Counted from the first letter of the stretch, positions 24,827 to 39,529 are shown. The stretch is DNA of 64,000 nucleotides from Octopus vulgaris (GCA_951406725.2 OX597817.1:95790001-95854000); one strand, 5' to 3'. Translations and numbers: made by a program. The notes: generated by a model from the letters alone, not told the origin.

Positions 24827-26252
24827 GTAAAAGTCAAAATTATTTGTTTTTTTGTTTTTTCGCCGGCACCTACATGTTCGTTATGCAAAGGTAATCGCTA
24901 TTTTATGAGCATTATCAATGGAGATCGTAACAAAGTTAAAATTGCTCAATAATATTCAAAGCTAACAAATGAAATTCATTTAAATATTTCTCAGACATCG
25001 TTTAACTTCATAGTGACTCAATAATTTTTTTCACATGACAGAAATGCTTCTAAATATGAAATGGAAATCAAGTGGCTGAAGTTAACTGTAACCTGCCTGT
25101 ATATCAAATAACAGATGTTATGCAGCATAACAGTGATAAGAAAAACAGCAATTGATTGGGTAATAAAGACAACAATTGATTGGGTGATAAAGAATAAATG
25201 TCATAACTTAACATAGATCGAGAGTCCCAGGTTTTAACATATTTTAACAATTAAATCTTTCCGGTAAACCTATAATATTAAGTGAACACAAAGTAGTCTG
25301 TTCAATAAATACTCTTCAAAATATAGGTAATTTGGGATCGTAAAAATCCAAAATTTGAGGAAACCAGTCATTTTATACACACACACACAGATATATATAT
25401 ATATATATATATTATAAAGTAAAAGCAGGAAAAATTACATCAAAAAATCACAGAACATACACGTCCATAATGTAAATAATATTGTATTGATATATATATA
25501 AAGTATGATTATTTAAAAAGGTTTGAGATATCTTACGATCGTTTCATGAATATATTACCCTTCGAAATGAAATCCAAAATTGATAATATTTATAAGTTAA
25601 TACATCCACACCTTATCGTAGTTTGCCACCACACAATGGTATCACCATGGTAATCCGGAATATCCTGTCGTATTTACTTCGATTGTATTGTCCCATGAGT
25701 CTATCTCATCGTAAAGTTCTTGATTTGTTTTGTTATATATTACAACGTGTTTTTCTCACAAGGCGGAGGAGGGGCGGTTTTGGGACTCCTGTGTGCTTGC
25801 GTTTTTCTTTGAACCAGTGGGCTGTGGAGAGGGCTGGTGTCTGTAGGGGAAGGATGAGGCAGAGAGGGTGTGGTTGGGAGTCGGGTTGGTGTGGATTGGG
25901 GGTCAACATTCACAGTGTGTGCCTTTTTTCCCTTTTCTCATTTATTCCCTTCGTTGTTCACCTCCTCTTCTTCTTCGGCACTTGTCTTTCGTCAGCACAG
26001 TATGTGTGTATAAGTAAGATTCAGTTGAATTAGGTGCTTAAGTTGATCGGAATAATATACATATACAACATTATTATGCAATTATCAACTTAGGTAAAAA
26101 AAAAGTGTAGAAGTTGATTGTAAAGACCATGTATTCATCTGAAGAAAACGGTTTCTTTATAAAGATATAATGTACTCATTAATCCATTAAAGGAGTCGTT
26201 AGAAACGGCCGTAATGAATTGACACCTGTCCTTCAATTGTTATATATGTATG

Positions 26253-26287
<35 letters not shown>

Positions 26288-26337
26288 GCACGCATACACA
26301 CGCAGGCACATGCACATGCACACGCACGCACACACCT

Positions 26338-26368
<31 letters not shown>

Positions 26369-26987
26369 TATACATACAAACAGGGCTTATAAGCGGGTGT
26401 TCAACCTGTATATGGGTGTTCCATGGCCCGGTGAGCGAACAAACAGGACTCATTATTATCTGATGTAGTTCTCTCTCACTTTGAATTTAATTTCGAGATT
26501 TGGGGAACCGAAAGTAGTCTCTTTGCAACATTCACCCCACCCTCACTCTCTCTCTCACTTTCTCTCTCTTGGTGCGTGTGTGATTGTGTAAAGATGGATA
26601 GATATAGATATAATAAAACGCAGAAAATATAATTGCTATTTTTAAGCTTTAATATACGTACTTTTCCGTATATATTAAATAATTACTATAAGATATGCGG
26701 TGCATGTCTTTATATACCTCAATCATGCATATTATATGTAAGGAAATGGCTATAACAAAATCATTTATTTAATGCTTCGGAGTATTTACGTACATGATTT
26801 AAACGTGCATCCCAGCACACTGCGCGCGCGCCTATAGTATGTGATGTGTTCGTGTGTAGTGTAGTATGTGTGCGAATGTTTATGCATGTATATATGTACG
26901 TATGCATGCATGTATGTATGTATAAATATATCTATGTAGTTATGTCAATATATATACTGTAAGTATATATACGTGAAGTTATAAATA

Positions 26988-27255
26988 AAACAATTGCAGC
27001 GTGGAAGGTGTTTATAAGCCATTTATGAAACACACAAAATCCGTTAGATTCACTTCAACATTTAAATTTAATTTGTCAAACTATTTTCGTCGTTTTGAGG
27101 CCGTGCTGCATCACGGAATTTGTCAGTGAACAGGTCGCGGTCTCAAAGCGACGAAAATATTTTGACAAATTAAATTTAAATGTTGAATTGAATCTAACGG
27201 ATTTTGTGTGTTTCTTAAATGGTTTATAAACACCTTCCACGCTGCAATTGTTTTC
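26988..27255. repeat. Palindromic pLTR-like repeat
   Basis: Arms of about 115 bp. The family recurs at 44330-44490 and 56950-57160. Confidence 0.85.
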
Positions 27256-27467
27256 GTTCCAGCACATGATCTCAGATCAGGTCACTTGCTATGCAAGTAC
27301 ATCTCCGTAATAAATATAACAATTTTACATCAATCTGAGGAGTACAAATTTATTATTCTTGTACGGTGAATTCAAAGTTTCGGCTGGCTAACCCGCTATT
27401 AGACGATAGCTTAGCTGGCCGAAACTTCGAAGTAACTGTCAATAGTATTCTTTATTCTTGTTTGATG

Positions 27468-27535
<68 letters not shown>

Positions 27536-27578
27536 GATAAATCTCAGAGCGAGTTATAAACAGTACCGGTAACACATC

Positions 27579-27822
27579 GTGATGCATATTTGCCATTTGA
27601 ATATGGCTAACCCATAAGGGTGGATGCTACTGTAGTCTGTAGCCCCAGGAAGATATCTCCTCCAGCTGGCTATAGACACACTATCTGTGCCCTGTCACAG
27701 ATACTGACAGGACACAGATAGTGTGTCTATAGCCAGCTGGAGGAGATATCTTCCTGGGGCTACAAACTACAGTAGCATCCACCCTTATGGGTTAGCCATA
27801 TTCAAATGGCAAATATTCATCA

Positions 27823-27824
<2 letters not shown>
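27579..27824. repeat. Near-perfect palindrome (arms about 120 bp, 7-nt spacer)
   Basis: Seen directly. Related to 27854-28700 and 46290-46580. Confidence 0.9.
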
Positions 27825-27853
<29 letters not shown>

Positions 27854-27857
<4 letters not shown>

Positions 27858-28700
27858 GATGGTTGCCAACTTAATGTGGCAGTCCCAGCAAAGGGAAGAA
27901 TGCTACTGCTATTTAGTTCCAAGAAACACCGTTTCCAGTTGGCTATGTGACACAAGTGGACTGTGTCCTTAAGTTTTCAAACAGGGGAGATAAGTACCTC
28001 CATCCAGCAAACCAACATCCAGAAACTAGTTTCAGTGTCATTGCTCTTCATCAGTCTGGAGTAGCTTGGCTTGCTGGCTGTCAATGCTTATTCACCTTTG
28101 AAAGCATATAAATTTTCAAGTGAAATAAATTCACTGATCTACAAAATTAGAAATATTGTATTTCTAAATCTCCCAGCAAAGAGAAGAATGCTGCTGTTAT
28201 TTAGCCCCAAGAAATACCGTTTCCAGTTGGCAATGTGACACAAGCATACTGTGTCCTTAAATTGGCAACAAACAATCAATTTATCATGCTGCTACTGTAT
28301 AAGTCTCTCTGAGAGATTTAGAAATGTAGTATTTCTAATTTTGTACATTAGTGAATTTATTTCACTTGAAATTGTATATGGGTTCAAATGTGAATAGGCA
28401 TCGACAGCTACCAAACCAATCTAAGCTACTCCAGACTAATGAAGAACAATGACTCTCAAACTAGTCTCTGGATGCTGGCTTTGCTGGGTGAAGGTGCTTA
28501 TCTCCCCTGTTCTAAAACATAAGGATACAGAATGCTTGTGTCACATAGCCAACTGGAAATGGTGTTTCCTGGGTCTAAATAGCAGTAGCAATCTTCCCTT
28601 TTTCTGGGACTGCCACATTAAGTTGGCAACAAACCATCACTTTATCGCGCTGCTACTGTATAAGTCTCTCTGAGAGATTTAGAAATACAATATTTCTAAT
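27854..28700. mobile_element. Inverted plus partial tandem PLE pLTR pair with HHR motifs
   Basis: 27854-28160 is the inverse of about 28310-28643. Partial tandem copies are at 28170-28260 and 28645-28700. Confidence 0.75.
28018..28060 (-). ncRNA. Minimal type I hammerhead motif
   Basis: TCCAGA-CTGATGA-AGAG-CAATGA-CACT-GAAA-CTAG-TT-TCTGGA. Stem I has 6 bp and stem III is the palindrome ACTAGT. A degenerate mirror copy is at 28430-28472 (+). Confidence 0.7.
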
Positions 28701-28923
28701 TATATATATATATTAAGATCCACAAAGACCAGAACTTAACTGCAGCTCTTGGTGGTCCAAATCGGATGTGCAATCTATGTGGGTGTCTTTCCAAAACATT
28801 GTCTGGTTTAAAAAAAAAAACCCACATCAGAAGCCATGATGGCTCTAAGGTGTAAGTACAGGAAGTAGTCAAACGCCACATAAAGAGTAGACAACCACAC
28901 ACACACACACACACATATATATA

Positions 28924-29590
28924 CAGGGTGCGTAAGATATTTGAGGACAAATTTATGTTCATAAAAGGACAGCTATATAATAACAGATAAAGACTTTAGT
29001 CATAAAAAAATGCAATGAGGATAAAAATAAACCTTTTCTATAATGTTATTCAATAAACCCACCTTCAGCTTCAACAACTGCTTCTATATGAGATCTAAAT
29101 GCTCTACATGATCGTATCAAGTGGTCCTGGTTCATTTTGGACATTCTTTGACTATGGCAGCTTTCAAAGAATCTTTTCAGTTTGTTTAAGAGCCTTTTAG
29201 ACCTGATGTAGTGGTTTTCTTTTGCATTTTCTGACAAGTTGACCTTTCCTCATCATATAAGACTTATATTTGATATCTTCGTGGACTACATTTCTGACTG
29301 TTCCTTCTGACACATGAAGACCTTTTGCAATTGACTTCATGGACTTGTTGAACTTGATGGATAAATTCAAGTGTTTTGATGATTTCAGAGCGATTAGGAT
29401 GCTTTTTATGCTTTGATACTGGTGATACGTTTCTATCTTCAGTCTATAACTCCTTACAAACTTTGTAGACGAAAGATTTGGCAACTTTTAAAAATCGAGA
29501 TGTTTCTAAATTGCTATGCTCAACCTTTATAACCACAATAATAGCATATCTTTTCATTTCTTGAGTAAGCTGAGGGTCTGTCATTATTAT
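28924..29590 (-). mobile_element. Tc1/mariner-superfamily transposon relic (internally deleted)
   Basis: Fragments KSMKSIAKGLHVSEGTVRNVVHEDIKYKSY and IRSCRAFRSHIEAVVEAEGGFIE. TA|CAGGGTG terminus. Confidence 0.75.
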
Positions 29591-29624
29591 TTTCTTACAT
29601 ATATCTAAATATAAATATAAATAA

Positions 29625-29695
<71 letters not shown>

Positions 29696-29718
29696 GGTAT
29701 GTATGTATATGTATGTGT

Positions 29719-30105
29719 AGGCGTAGGAGCGACTGTGTGGTAAGAAGCTTGCTTCTCAATCACATGGTTCTGGGTTAAGTCCCACTGCATGGCACCTTGG
29801 GCAAGTGTTTTCTACTATAGCCCTGGGCTGACCAAAGCCTTGTGAGTGGATTTGGTAGACAGAAACTGAAATATATTCATGTATATATTTGTCTGTGTGT
29901 GTCGGTGTTTATCCCCCCGCTATCCCTTGACAACCGATGCTGGTGTGTTTATGTCCCTGTAATCTTGTGGTTCGGCAAAAGGAACCGATAGAATAAGTCC
30001 TTGGCTTCCATAGAATCAGTCCTGGGGTTGATTTCTTCGACTACAACCCTTTAAGGCGGTGCTCCACCATGGTCGCAGTCAAATAACTGAAATAAGTTAA
30101 AGAAT
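29719..30105 (+). mobile_element. tRNA-derived SINE (GGCGCAGGAGTGGCTGTGTGGTAAG family)
   Basis: Head with a B-box-like GGTT.AGTCCC. Multiple copies occur in this window. Confidence 0.8.
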
Positions 30106-30130
30106 ATTTTACGTATATATATCATATATA

Positions 30131-30360
30131 CTTGCAGAAAGACCACCCTCCAGGTGGTTTTCTGCAAGCCACTCGATATTTCCACTTTTGATTCCCAATT
30201 CTAATAATGTTTATGATATTTTACGTCTAATTGTTTCTTTGTATAATAGTGCTCACTTGCTTAGTAAATATTGCTTTCATTATTTTTTCAGTCATAATCT
30301 CTCTTTCTTAAAGAGTCAATCTGTCATATATATTTATCATTAATAATTGGTAGAACTTAC

Positions 30361-30395
<35 letters not shown>

Positions 30396-30396
30396 T

Positions 30397-30474
<78 letters not shown>

Positions 30475-32548
30475 GGATACACACACATGCGCACACGCAC
30501 ACGCAAATCTGGTGCTGTGAGAACACATGGGAATAGCATTTCTTTACTTTTTGAAATCCACCCACATTCGGCATGTGCTGATATATGCCAAAACAATTTA
30601 ATTTCACACAAATATATGTTACTATACATATAATTTATGTGTTAATTCTATTTACTGAAACTTGCTAAAAAGCATATTTTGCTTTAAAGTAGTATCTCCT
30701 TGTAGACACAATTGTCAGTAATCATACTGTTTCCATTTCTCTCAGCCAATATCTTTTACATTAGCCTTCTTTCGAACTCTAGATAATGCAACATAAAGCT
30801 GACCATGTGAGAAGAATTGTGTCGGAATATATATTCCAATTTGTTCAAAAGCCTATCCCTATACCTCGTTGCACGTCAAGGCAAAAGCTGGCTTGACAGG
30901 AAATAGTTTGCATGTAAATATGAATGGAAATTCCAATTTTTGAGATATTTGTGGTATTTTTGGGAGAGTTGATCCTGCATAAGGACCAGAAGCAACCTCA
31001 GCCTCAATAACATGATCATGTAAACTGACAATGATGTAGCGTGTGCCATTGCAACGTCCATTAGTAGATTCTAAATTTCTCAGAAGCATTATGCATCATT
31101 TTTCTTCAGTTTGAGATGTGTGGTGGAAACCCTGATGGTGTAAGATTGTTGATGAATTCATTGGGTACAGAGTTTTGTTATCAACTGTATCTAAGCTTCT
31201 GTATATTTTTAGCTCAACAGGGATCCTGGTCAACAGAAAATCATTCACAAATTGTGCTGCTTCATTTGTTGGAGTAACAATGGTTGTATTTGCAAGTTTG
31301 TGAAGTTTGTGAAGTTATTTTTGAGGTCAACATATACAAAATCACATAGATCTGAAAAAGTTCCACTTTCAAGGCAAAGGTCATTGGGTAGTTTGATTTT
31401 GAATTCACCTAGTATTTGTTTAACAGAAATGTTACCATTTCCTACATCAATTAACAAACTCTCTTTCATCAGAATGATTGACCTTCTGTAAAAAGTCTTA
31501 GATTGTTTGCCAACTCCACTACTTCCACATAATCGTAAAGAAAAGAACTCTAGTGTTGTATCAACAATTTGTGATCTAACACCTTTATTTTGAAGTAGAA
31601 TATTCTCCTCTCGAGATACTCTAGCCAGTCGGTCACGAGTAGCGGAAACAGAATCATGTCTACATCTCCGTGCATATTCATACATCTGTTTCAGTCGTTT
31701 TGCTCTGGTTTCATCTGATTCATCTTTCTGCCGTTATGCCTTTGATACTGAATTTTCTTTTTCATTCGCATATTATATACAAATGGAAGCTCGTTAAAAC
31801 TTTATTGTTTAGCGTGCTAGAAATAGCAGCGATCATACAGTTATTATTTAAAGGCTTATTGCGTTCCAAGTAGCCATGCCAACAAAATCACTTCGTTAAA
31901 AAAAAAAATTATAACGGCATATTAAAAAATTTTCATTTTATCAAACATATTCATTTAACAAAGTCCAGAAACTCATATTATTCTTGAAATTGTGCCTCGT
32001 ATCAAAGTTATACAGCTATCCTGTATAATAGCATGCATTCATTCAACACAAAATCACTTAAAAATTATCCCGGTGTATTAAAAGATTTTCGTTTTATCAA
32101 AAGTATTAATTTAATAAACTCCAGAAACTGATAATATTCTTGGAATTGTGTCTCGGATCAAATTTATGCAGCTATTATTAAATTAACATTAATGAAAATA
32201 GAGACGAACGAGAATGAGAGACTTTTGCAAATATAAACGTAAAATGTTGCCTGCAACGAATTAATAGTGTTTATTATTAAACATTAAAATCTACTCCGAA
32301 GTGAAGGCAATGAATATTTAGATTTATGAAGAATTGGACGCAGTGAATGCAATGAACATTTAAATTTGCGAGAATTTGGAGTTAAAAAAATTCGATAAAC
32401 TTCAGAAATCGCAATTAAAGGAAATGTCTTAGAACATGAATTTATGAAAAATATTTCCAGATCAAGCTTTTAATATTGCTTTCTTTTAGTACTTTTAGTA
32501 ATTGTTACATACCTAATTAATAGGCAACTTTCTTCATTATAGATTAGA
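30131..32548 (-). mobile_element. Deleted Helitron carrying a Pif1-like helicase C-terminal relic
   Basis: 30700-31500 on the minus strand reads MLLRNL...CNGTR, FPVKPAFALT.N and SHGQLYVALSRVR. The 5' end is A|TCTAATCTATAATG at 32548 and a hairpin at 30131-30168 is the probable 3' end. Confidence 0.8.
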
Positions 32549-32888
32549 TTATCATGAAGTTGGCTGGATATCATTTGAGAGATTTAGATGCTAATTCTAA
32601 AGGTTCTAGTGACTACAGAGAGGCTGGCATCTGTATATGTCAGTTCATTTATACCAGTTTAAAACGATGTGTAGAGTCGTGTTCCTTACATCTTGAGCCA
32701 AGCCATTTTACTTAGGTTGATGGAATTAGTACGAAGCTTAAAGTTGGGCAAAACTAGAGGGGCAGTTTCATGAAATATCTATCTAAATGTCTATGAAAAC
32801 AAGATCTGCAAAAGATTGCGTAACAAAATTAATGAAATAATTTTATCAGAATATCATTAATGTATAACAAAATAATGTTATCTTACAG

Positions 32889-33040
32889 AGCATATTCCTC
32901 TGAAATGCTACGGCACCCCTGCTGATCTGGTATTTGTTGTGGATTCCTCATCAAGTATCTGGCCCAGTAATTTCACGAAACAATTGGAATTTATACAGTA
33001 CATGATTGACAGATTAGATGTCGGTATGAACAAATTACAG
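32889..33040 (+). CDS. VWA-domain gene exon (N-terminal VWA, MIDAS DxSxS)
   Basis: TCTTACAG|AG...CAG|GTAAC. Encodes HIPLKCYGTPADLVFVVDSSSSIWPSNFTKQLEFIQYMIDRLDVGMNKLQ. Joins 37316 in phase 0. Confidence 0.9.
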
Positions 33041-33473
33041 GTAACTAATTTTAATACTTATCAGCTAACTTAAAACTATTACATAACTAATTATACTGAT
33101 TTAACAATATAATTAAATTACAGTTACAAAGATATGACACCGTTTCTTCTTAAAACAAGAATAAATATCACAAGCTCAATAAAAATATTTTACTTAGTTT
33201 CATGACGATTGTTTCGGCCGCCGTTTTCCCCAACAGAAAACAGAATTTCATGGAAGCACGCTGTTTCTTCGTTTCAGCCTTCGTAAAAGTCAAGGAGTAG
33301 GGGAGAAGAACTGCAAAACAAAGACGCAGTTCGTGGTAATACGACTTGACCAGACGGCGTCGGTCGGCAGACTGATATGCTTTAAGGTAGCCTGAACTAC
33401 AACGAGCTTGTCCTACAGGGAATGTTTCAGGTTACTTTTGGGTACACCCTCGTGCATGTGTATGTTTATATGC

Positions 33474-33517
<44 letters not shown>

Positions 33518-33520
<3 letters not shown>

Positions 33521-35603
33521 GGAATTTAAAAATTAAGGTTTAGAAAGTAGGCGTTAAATCTAGTATACAAACCTTGTTTCAGGGTAAGTCCCAGGTAATG
33601 TGCCTGAAGAGGACGTTCCCTTCTTATGCCAACAAGGCGTCATCGGCGATAGTGTGTGTTTGTCGTTGGAATGTACGTCCGGAATTCCGAGGGGCACGTA
33701 GGGATTATTTTAAAAGATTAATACGGAAGACGGTGTGTAACGAGAAGCATTTATTAGCACAACAATCGTTTCGGCATCATTCTGCACTGCTCCTTAGGGG
33801 GCGTGGAATGATGTAATAACACCAGATGCAACCTACAGTACAACAGAGTCTCGTCAGGCGATGTATGATGCTTCATAAGTTCTCAGATTTACCTTTTAAT
33901 TTCGATTCAAGTTATATGCTCATGGTGTGATTCTAGCAGTTCAGACACACTTCATAAAGTGAGAAAGAAGTGGCCAGAAAGAAAATAAAAGAATAAAAAC
34001 ACATAGCATTCAATATGAATAGGGATGGGGTGTTAATATTAGTGATCAAGAAGTCGTTGCTAAAAAATGATGATAATAAAATCTATTGTAAACAGAGGGG
34101 ATGTTTATTGCATCAGATTGAACGGCTTTAGCGTGCGTAAGTGTTTGATGGCTGGAGCAGTCAAGCACAACACCATGGTCAGACCCCAGTCTTTAGATTA
34201 TGTAGCTGGCTACACCAACCCTCACGCAGAGACAAAAACCCACAGATATACATATGTATACGTGTGCGCGCACGCCTGTATACATTCACACACACACATG
34301 CATCCACCCGCACGCACGCAGGCACACACACATATTCACATACATATCGACAGACATCGGTCATCTTGTGAATAAGCACACACACACTCACTCACTCACG
34401 TACACATGGACATATGCTCGCTTATATACGCACTGGCGCCAACCTGCTCGTGTATACATACGGTTCCTCTATATTTACACGCACACCGACCGGGTACTCG
34501 CGAGCGCATGCGCACGCAGACTTATGCATACACATACACATAAACACACACACTTATACCCACACATGTACACACGCACATACAGACACATAAATATATA
34601 CATATGTGCGTACATACCCACACACAGACACATACATATACACATACAAACACACAAATCCATATATATGTACGTTCAATGGCCGCCACACACACATACG
34701 TTCGGGTACACCCGTGCGTGCGCGCACAAACAGATACACTTGAAACATATACATATACACATACACAAACTCATATATATATGTATCTACACGTATGTGT
34801 GTATATGTGTACGTGTGTGCGTAAGTGCGCGCGCATGCGCCCGTGTATATCCGCGTGTGGGTGGGTAGGGTGGGGGGAGATCGGTGTGCGTTTAAATATA
34901 GAGGCACGCGTATGTATACATGAGCAGGGTGGTGCCAGCGTAATCTAAAGACTGGGGTCTGACCATGGTGTTGTGCTTGACTGCTCCAGCCATCAAACAC
35001 TTACGCACGCTAAAGCCGTTCAATCTGATGCAATAAACATCCCCTCTGTTTACAATAGATTTTATTATCATCATTTTTTAGCAACGACTTCTTAATCACT
35101 AATATTAACACCCCATCCCTATTCATATTGAATGCTATGTGTTTTTATTCTTTTATTTTCTTTCTGGCCACTTCTTTCTCACTTTATGAAGTGTGTCTGA
35201 ACTGCTAGAATCACACCATGAGCATATAACTTGAATTGAAATTAAAAGGTAAATCTGAGAACTTATGAAGCATCATACATCGCCTGACGAGACTCTGTTG
35301 TACTGTAGGTTGCATCTGGTGTTATTTACATCATTCCACACACCCTAAGGAGCAGTGCAGAATGAGGCCGAAACGATTGTTGTGCTAACAAATGCTTCTA
35401 GTTACACACCGTCTTCCGTATTAATCTTTTAAAATAACCCCCACGCGCCCCTTGGAATTCCGGACGTAGATCCAACGACAAATTCATACTATCACTGATG
35501 ACGCCTTATTGGCATAAGAAGGCACATTATCTGGGACGTACCTTGAAACAAGGTTTGTACTAGATTTAACGCCTAGTTTCTAAACCTCAGTTTTTAAATT
35601 CTA
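33518..35603. mobile_element. Large inverted repeat (arms about 680 bp) of PLE 3' end/pLTR
   Basis: 33518-34200 is the inverse of 34940-35603. An LRTLKPFNL ORF-end remnant is present and each arm has an HHR-like motif. Confidence 0.8.
35278..35385 (+). ncRNA. Type I hammerhead-like motif with long stem II
   Basis: CGC-CTGACGA-GACTC-TGTTGTACTG...CAGTGCAGA-ATGAGGCC-GAAAC-GATT-GTT-GTG. Stem I is short. The mirror copy is at about 33758-33862 (-). Confidence 0.55.
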
Positions 35604-35613
35604 AAGTTGACTA

Positions 35614-36048
<435 letters not shown>

Positions 36049-36559
36049 ACACACACACACACACTCACACATATATATGTCTCAAAGATTGAACAGACAG
36101 AACACAACAAGAAGAAAAAGTTAGACGGAAGTAGAGCAAAGAGGAAACACGAATATAACCTATCGGACGGGAAATATAGCCAAATACACAGTACACGGAA
36201 TATTGGCAGCTGAGTTTTCCTCGTCAGTCAATCAACCAAAATGTCATCGTTGTTTCGCACCATTATCATTGAAACCATTCAATCTTGGAGGTGCCAGTAC
36301 TGTTAAGCTACTAGGGAAAAGGTAGCGAATGTATACTGAGACAGAAACAAACAAGACAATATATAAATACAATAGAACAAGAATTATGCATATATAACAA
36401 CGCGAAGCCTTACGGCTATATACAAGAGAAGAAAAAATGATTATACAAATACCACAAATACAAAAGTAAAAAGCTTTGCAGCTATCACACGAATTATGTG
36501 GGGTAGCGCAGGGTGAAATGGAGTGAGTCATAATGGACGTTGCATGAACCCAGAGCAGC

Positions 36560-36604
<45 letters not shown>

Positions 36605-36609
36605 CACAC

Positions 36610-36957
36610 ACAAATTTTGTGCCTCACTTACTCATGGAAGATCAAAAGCAGTCACGAGTGAATGCATGTCGTGAACTGATATTGATCCAAACCTTTTTTC
36701 AAAGGTCATCATTGGTAACGAAAGCTTGTTCCACGAAATTTTCAGTTGTAGAAGAGGTGAAGAAAGAACGATGGAGGCATTAAAAGGCATTACTTCGCAA
36801 GAGCCCTAGTACTGCTTTGAATAGTTGAAAATGCGCCTGGAGAGATGCATTGCTTCAAATGGAAAATACTTTGAAGGCTATAATGGTGTAAACATGTAAA
36901 ACTATGTAAATAAAATAATATTGCAAAATTCCGGTTTCTTTCGAGTGCTTCCTCGAA
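36610..36957 (+). mobile_element. mariner transposase relic with 3' TIR
   Basis: FVPHLL.EDQKQSRVNACREL and CIASNGKYFEG, ending ...CTTCCTCG. Confidence 0.75.
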
Positions 36958-37315
36958 CATATACATTACATGCGTACATACATGCGTTTTGTCATTGTCG
37001 GAGTTTCGTAGATCGGTTTTTACATCTAAGCAAAATAGGAAATTTTCCTATGATTTACAAAGGGCTTTAGGGATTTAATGACTTAATATCATAAGAATTC
37101 ATCTAATCTAATCAATTATCTACAGTTAATATATCTAATGAATGCTTTTTCTATCTAACCGTTTATAAGCTTTTTTATTACGAAAAACTATAAATAAGTT
37201 TAAGAATTACGCTACGCCTAACAATCTGGTTTATAAAATATTACTTGAAACAAAATATAATAAAATACTTCGATAATTTAATGAAACAAAATCTTTTCAT
37301 GCTTTTGTCGTTTAG

Positions 37316-37754
37316 GTGAGAGTTGGAATTGTGACTTTTAGTGACTGGGCTATGGTCAATGCCTACCTTATGCAGTCCAGAGATAAGTCGGTGTTGAAAT
37401 GGAAAATTGGTTTGATTAAACAGATCCAAGGTAGAACTAACATTGCAAACGCACTAAATACTCTGGTTAGCCGAGTATATAAAGCAGAAAATGGAGCCAG
37501 ACTCGGAGTGAAAAGGATTGCAATTTTATTAACAGATGGAATATCTCAGACACATAAAACGGCGGCATTAGTAGCAAAACGCTGTCGAAAAGAAAACATA
37601 GAAATATTTGCTATTGGGATCGGAAACCGTATCAGATACGACGAATTAAGTGAGCTTGTTAGTAGACCTAGGTGGAAATACTTGATCCATGCCCCAAGTT
37701 ATGAGGATCTTAATAGGATCAAAAATGTCATCATTCGTAAAACATGCCGAAACC
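37316..37754 (+). CDS. VWA-domain gene exon (core of the VWA domain; matrilin/collagen VI-like)
   Basis: TTTAG|GTG...C|GTAAGT. Encodes VRVGIVTFS, GRTNIANAL, GARLGVKRIAILLTDG, IFAIGIG and ...KTC. Confidence 0.95.
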
Positions 37755-38091
37755 GTAAGTAATTTCCCTTTTTCTTATCCATTTTTCTTCTGTTACTCCT
37801 TGTTTTGACCATCAACCTGCATTAACTTATCACCGATATTCATTAAAACATAGCTATGTGTGTGTGTGTGTTCGCGTGCGCGCTCGCACACATAGGAAAG
37901 GCAGCCAGACGGAGGAAATATCTTCCTTTATTTCGAAGATCAAAAATAAAATCACAGATGACAAAAAGAAAAACAAACACGCAATCCAGCAAGAAAAGTA
38001 TTTAAAATAGCCGTTAACAGATATGGATGTATAAACGCCCTCGGGCAAGCTGCATAGCGCGAGTACACACGCTCACACACACAAACACACA

Positions 38092-38129
<38 letters not shown>

Positions 38130-38870
38130 TAAATGGAGTTAAACGCAGGTATTGTTTAAATCTTTTTACTTCCGGCATATGTTCCGAAGACAACATTGCT
38201 ATTATTCTAGAAGGAATAAAATGGTGTAAAACAATGCAATCTTCTCATCAAGGAAAGAAAGAAACCAAACATATCAATAAGACATTTTAATAGAATGTGA
38301 TGACTGCGTATATGATGAAGGGAACGCTATCAAGTTTTTTTTTTTAAAACCCGTTTGCAGATACAACGTCAAGGTAGTTTATAGAAAGAGGAGGAGAAAG
38401 AAAGAAATTAGCAGAAAACTAATAGTGGAGATGGAAGTAGATATATTTTGTGGAAGTGAAATGTAAGACAGTCAAAGGTCGAATTTTAGAGAATGATAGA
38501 AATCACTTATAGGAACTAAAGGTATGTTTCTGCCAATGTTTGCAACGATAAACACGCTCTATAAGCGTGTTTACAAGAGGATTCTTTGAGAACAGGATAA
38601 AGTACATCTCACTGTTACAAAGCAGACAAAAAGATTTACCTTTATCAAATGGAAAAGATACAAAGAGAATATCCCGTTCCAAATCAAATTGTTTATTATG
38701 ATCCTTTAGATAAAGGTAAATCTTTTTGATATATTATTCAAAAATATTTCACCTAAACCTGGAATTTCTACCATTATAAGTAGACTGTTACATCCTTGGT
38801 ACGCATGTGAATTTTTGCTACCCTGGTAAGTATTTATTTATTTTTTCCGTGTTATTCGTAAACACTTAAA
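38130..38870 (-). mobile_element. PLE 3' fragment with degenerate HHR and inverted pLTR end
   Basis: Homologous to 7448-8200. The HHR core is mutated (TTGATGA, GGAAC...GCC). Confidence 0.65.
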
Positions 38871-38878
38871 AACACACA

Positions 38879-39350
<472 letters not shown>

Positions 39351-39389
39351 TATATATATGCATGTGTGTATATATATATATATATACAT

Positions 39390-39420
<31 letters not shown>

Positions 39421-39421
39421 C

Positions 39422-39458
<37 letters not shown>

Positions 39459-39529
39459 ATATTAGGGAATAAATCCAAACTTACAGGGAAAAATTAGATT
39501 TAGGATTAAATCCAATTTTATAGTATAAA

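Noticed and set aside
27330-27440. CTGAGGA … GAAACTTCGAAGTA as a complete hammerhead
   Set aside because: Stems I and II cannot be formed around the CTGAGGA. Only the 3' half, inside a small inverted repeat, looks real.
36210-36262. Minus-strand GAAAC…CTGACGA motif; similar partial cores at 4605-4735, 33200-33280 and 53495-53530
   Set aside because: The core elements are incomplete or lack supporting stems, so they are at most decayed relics.
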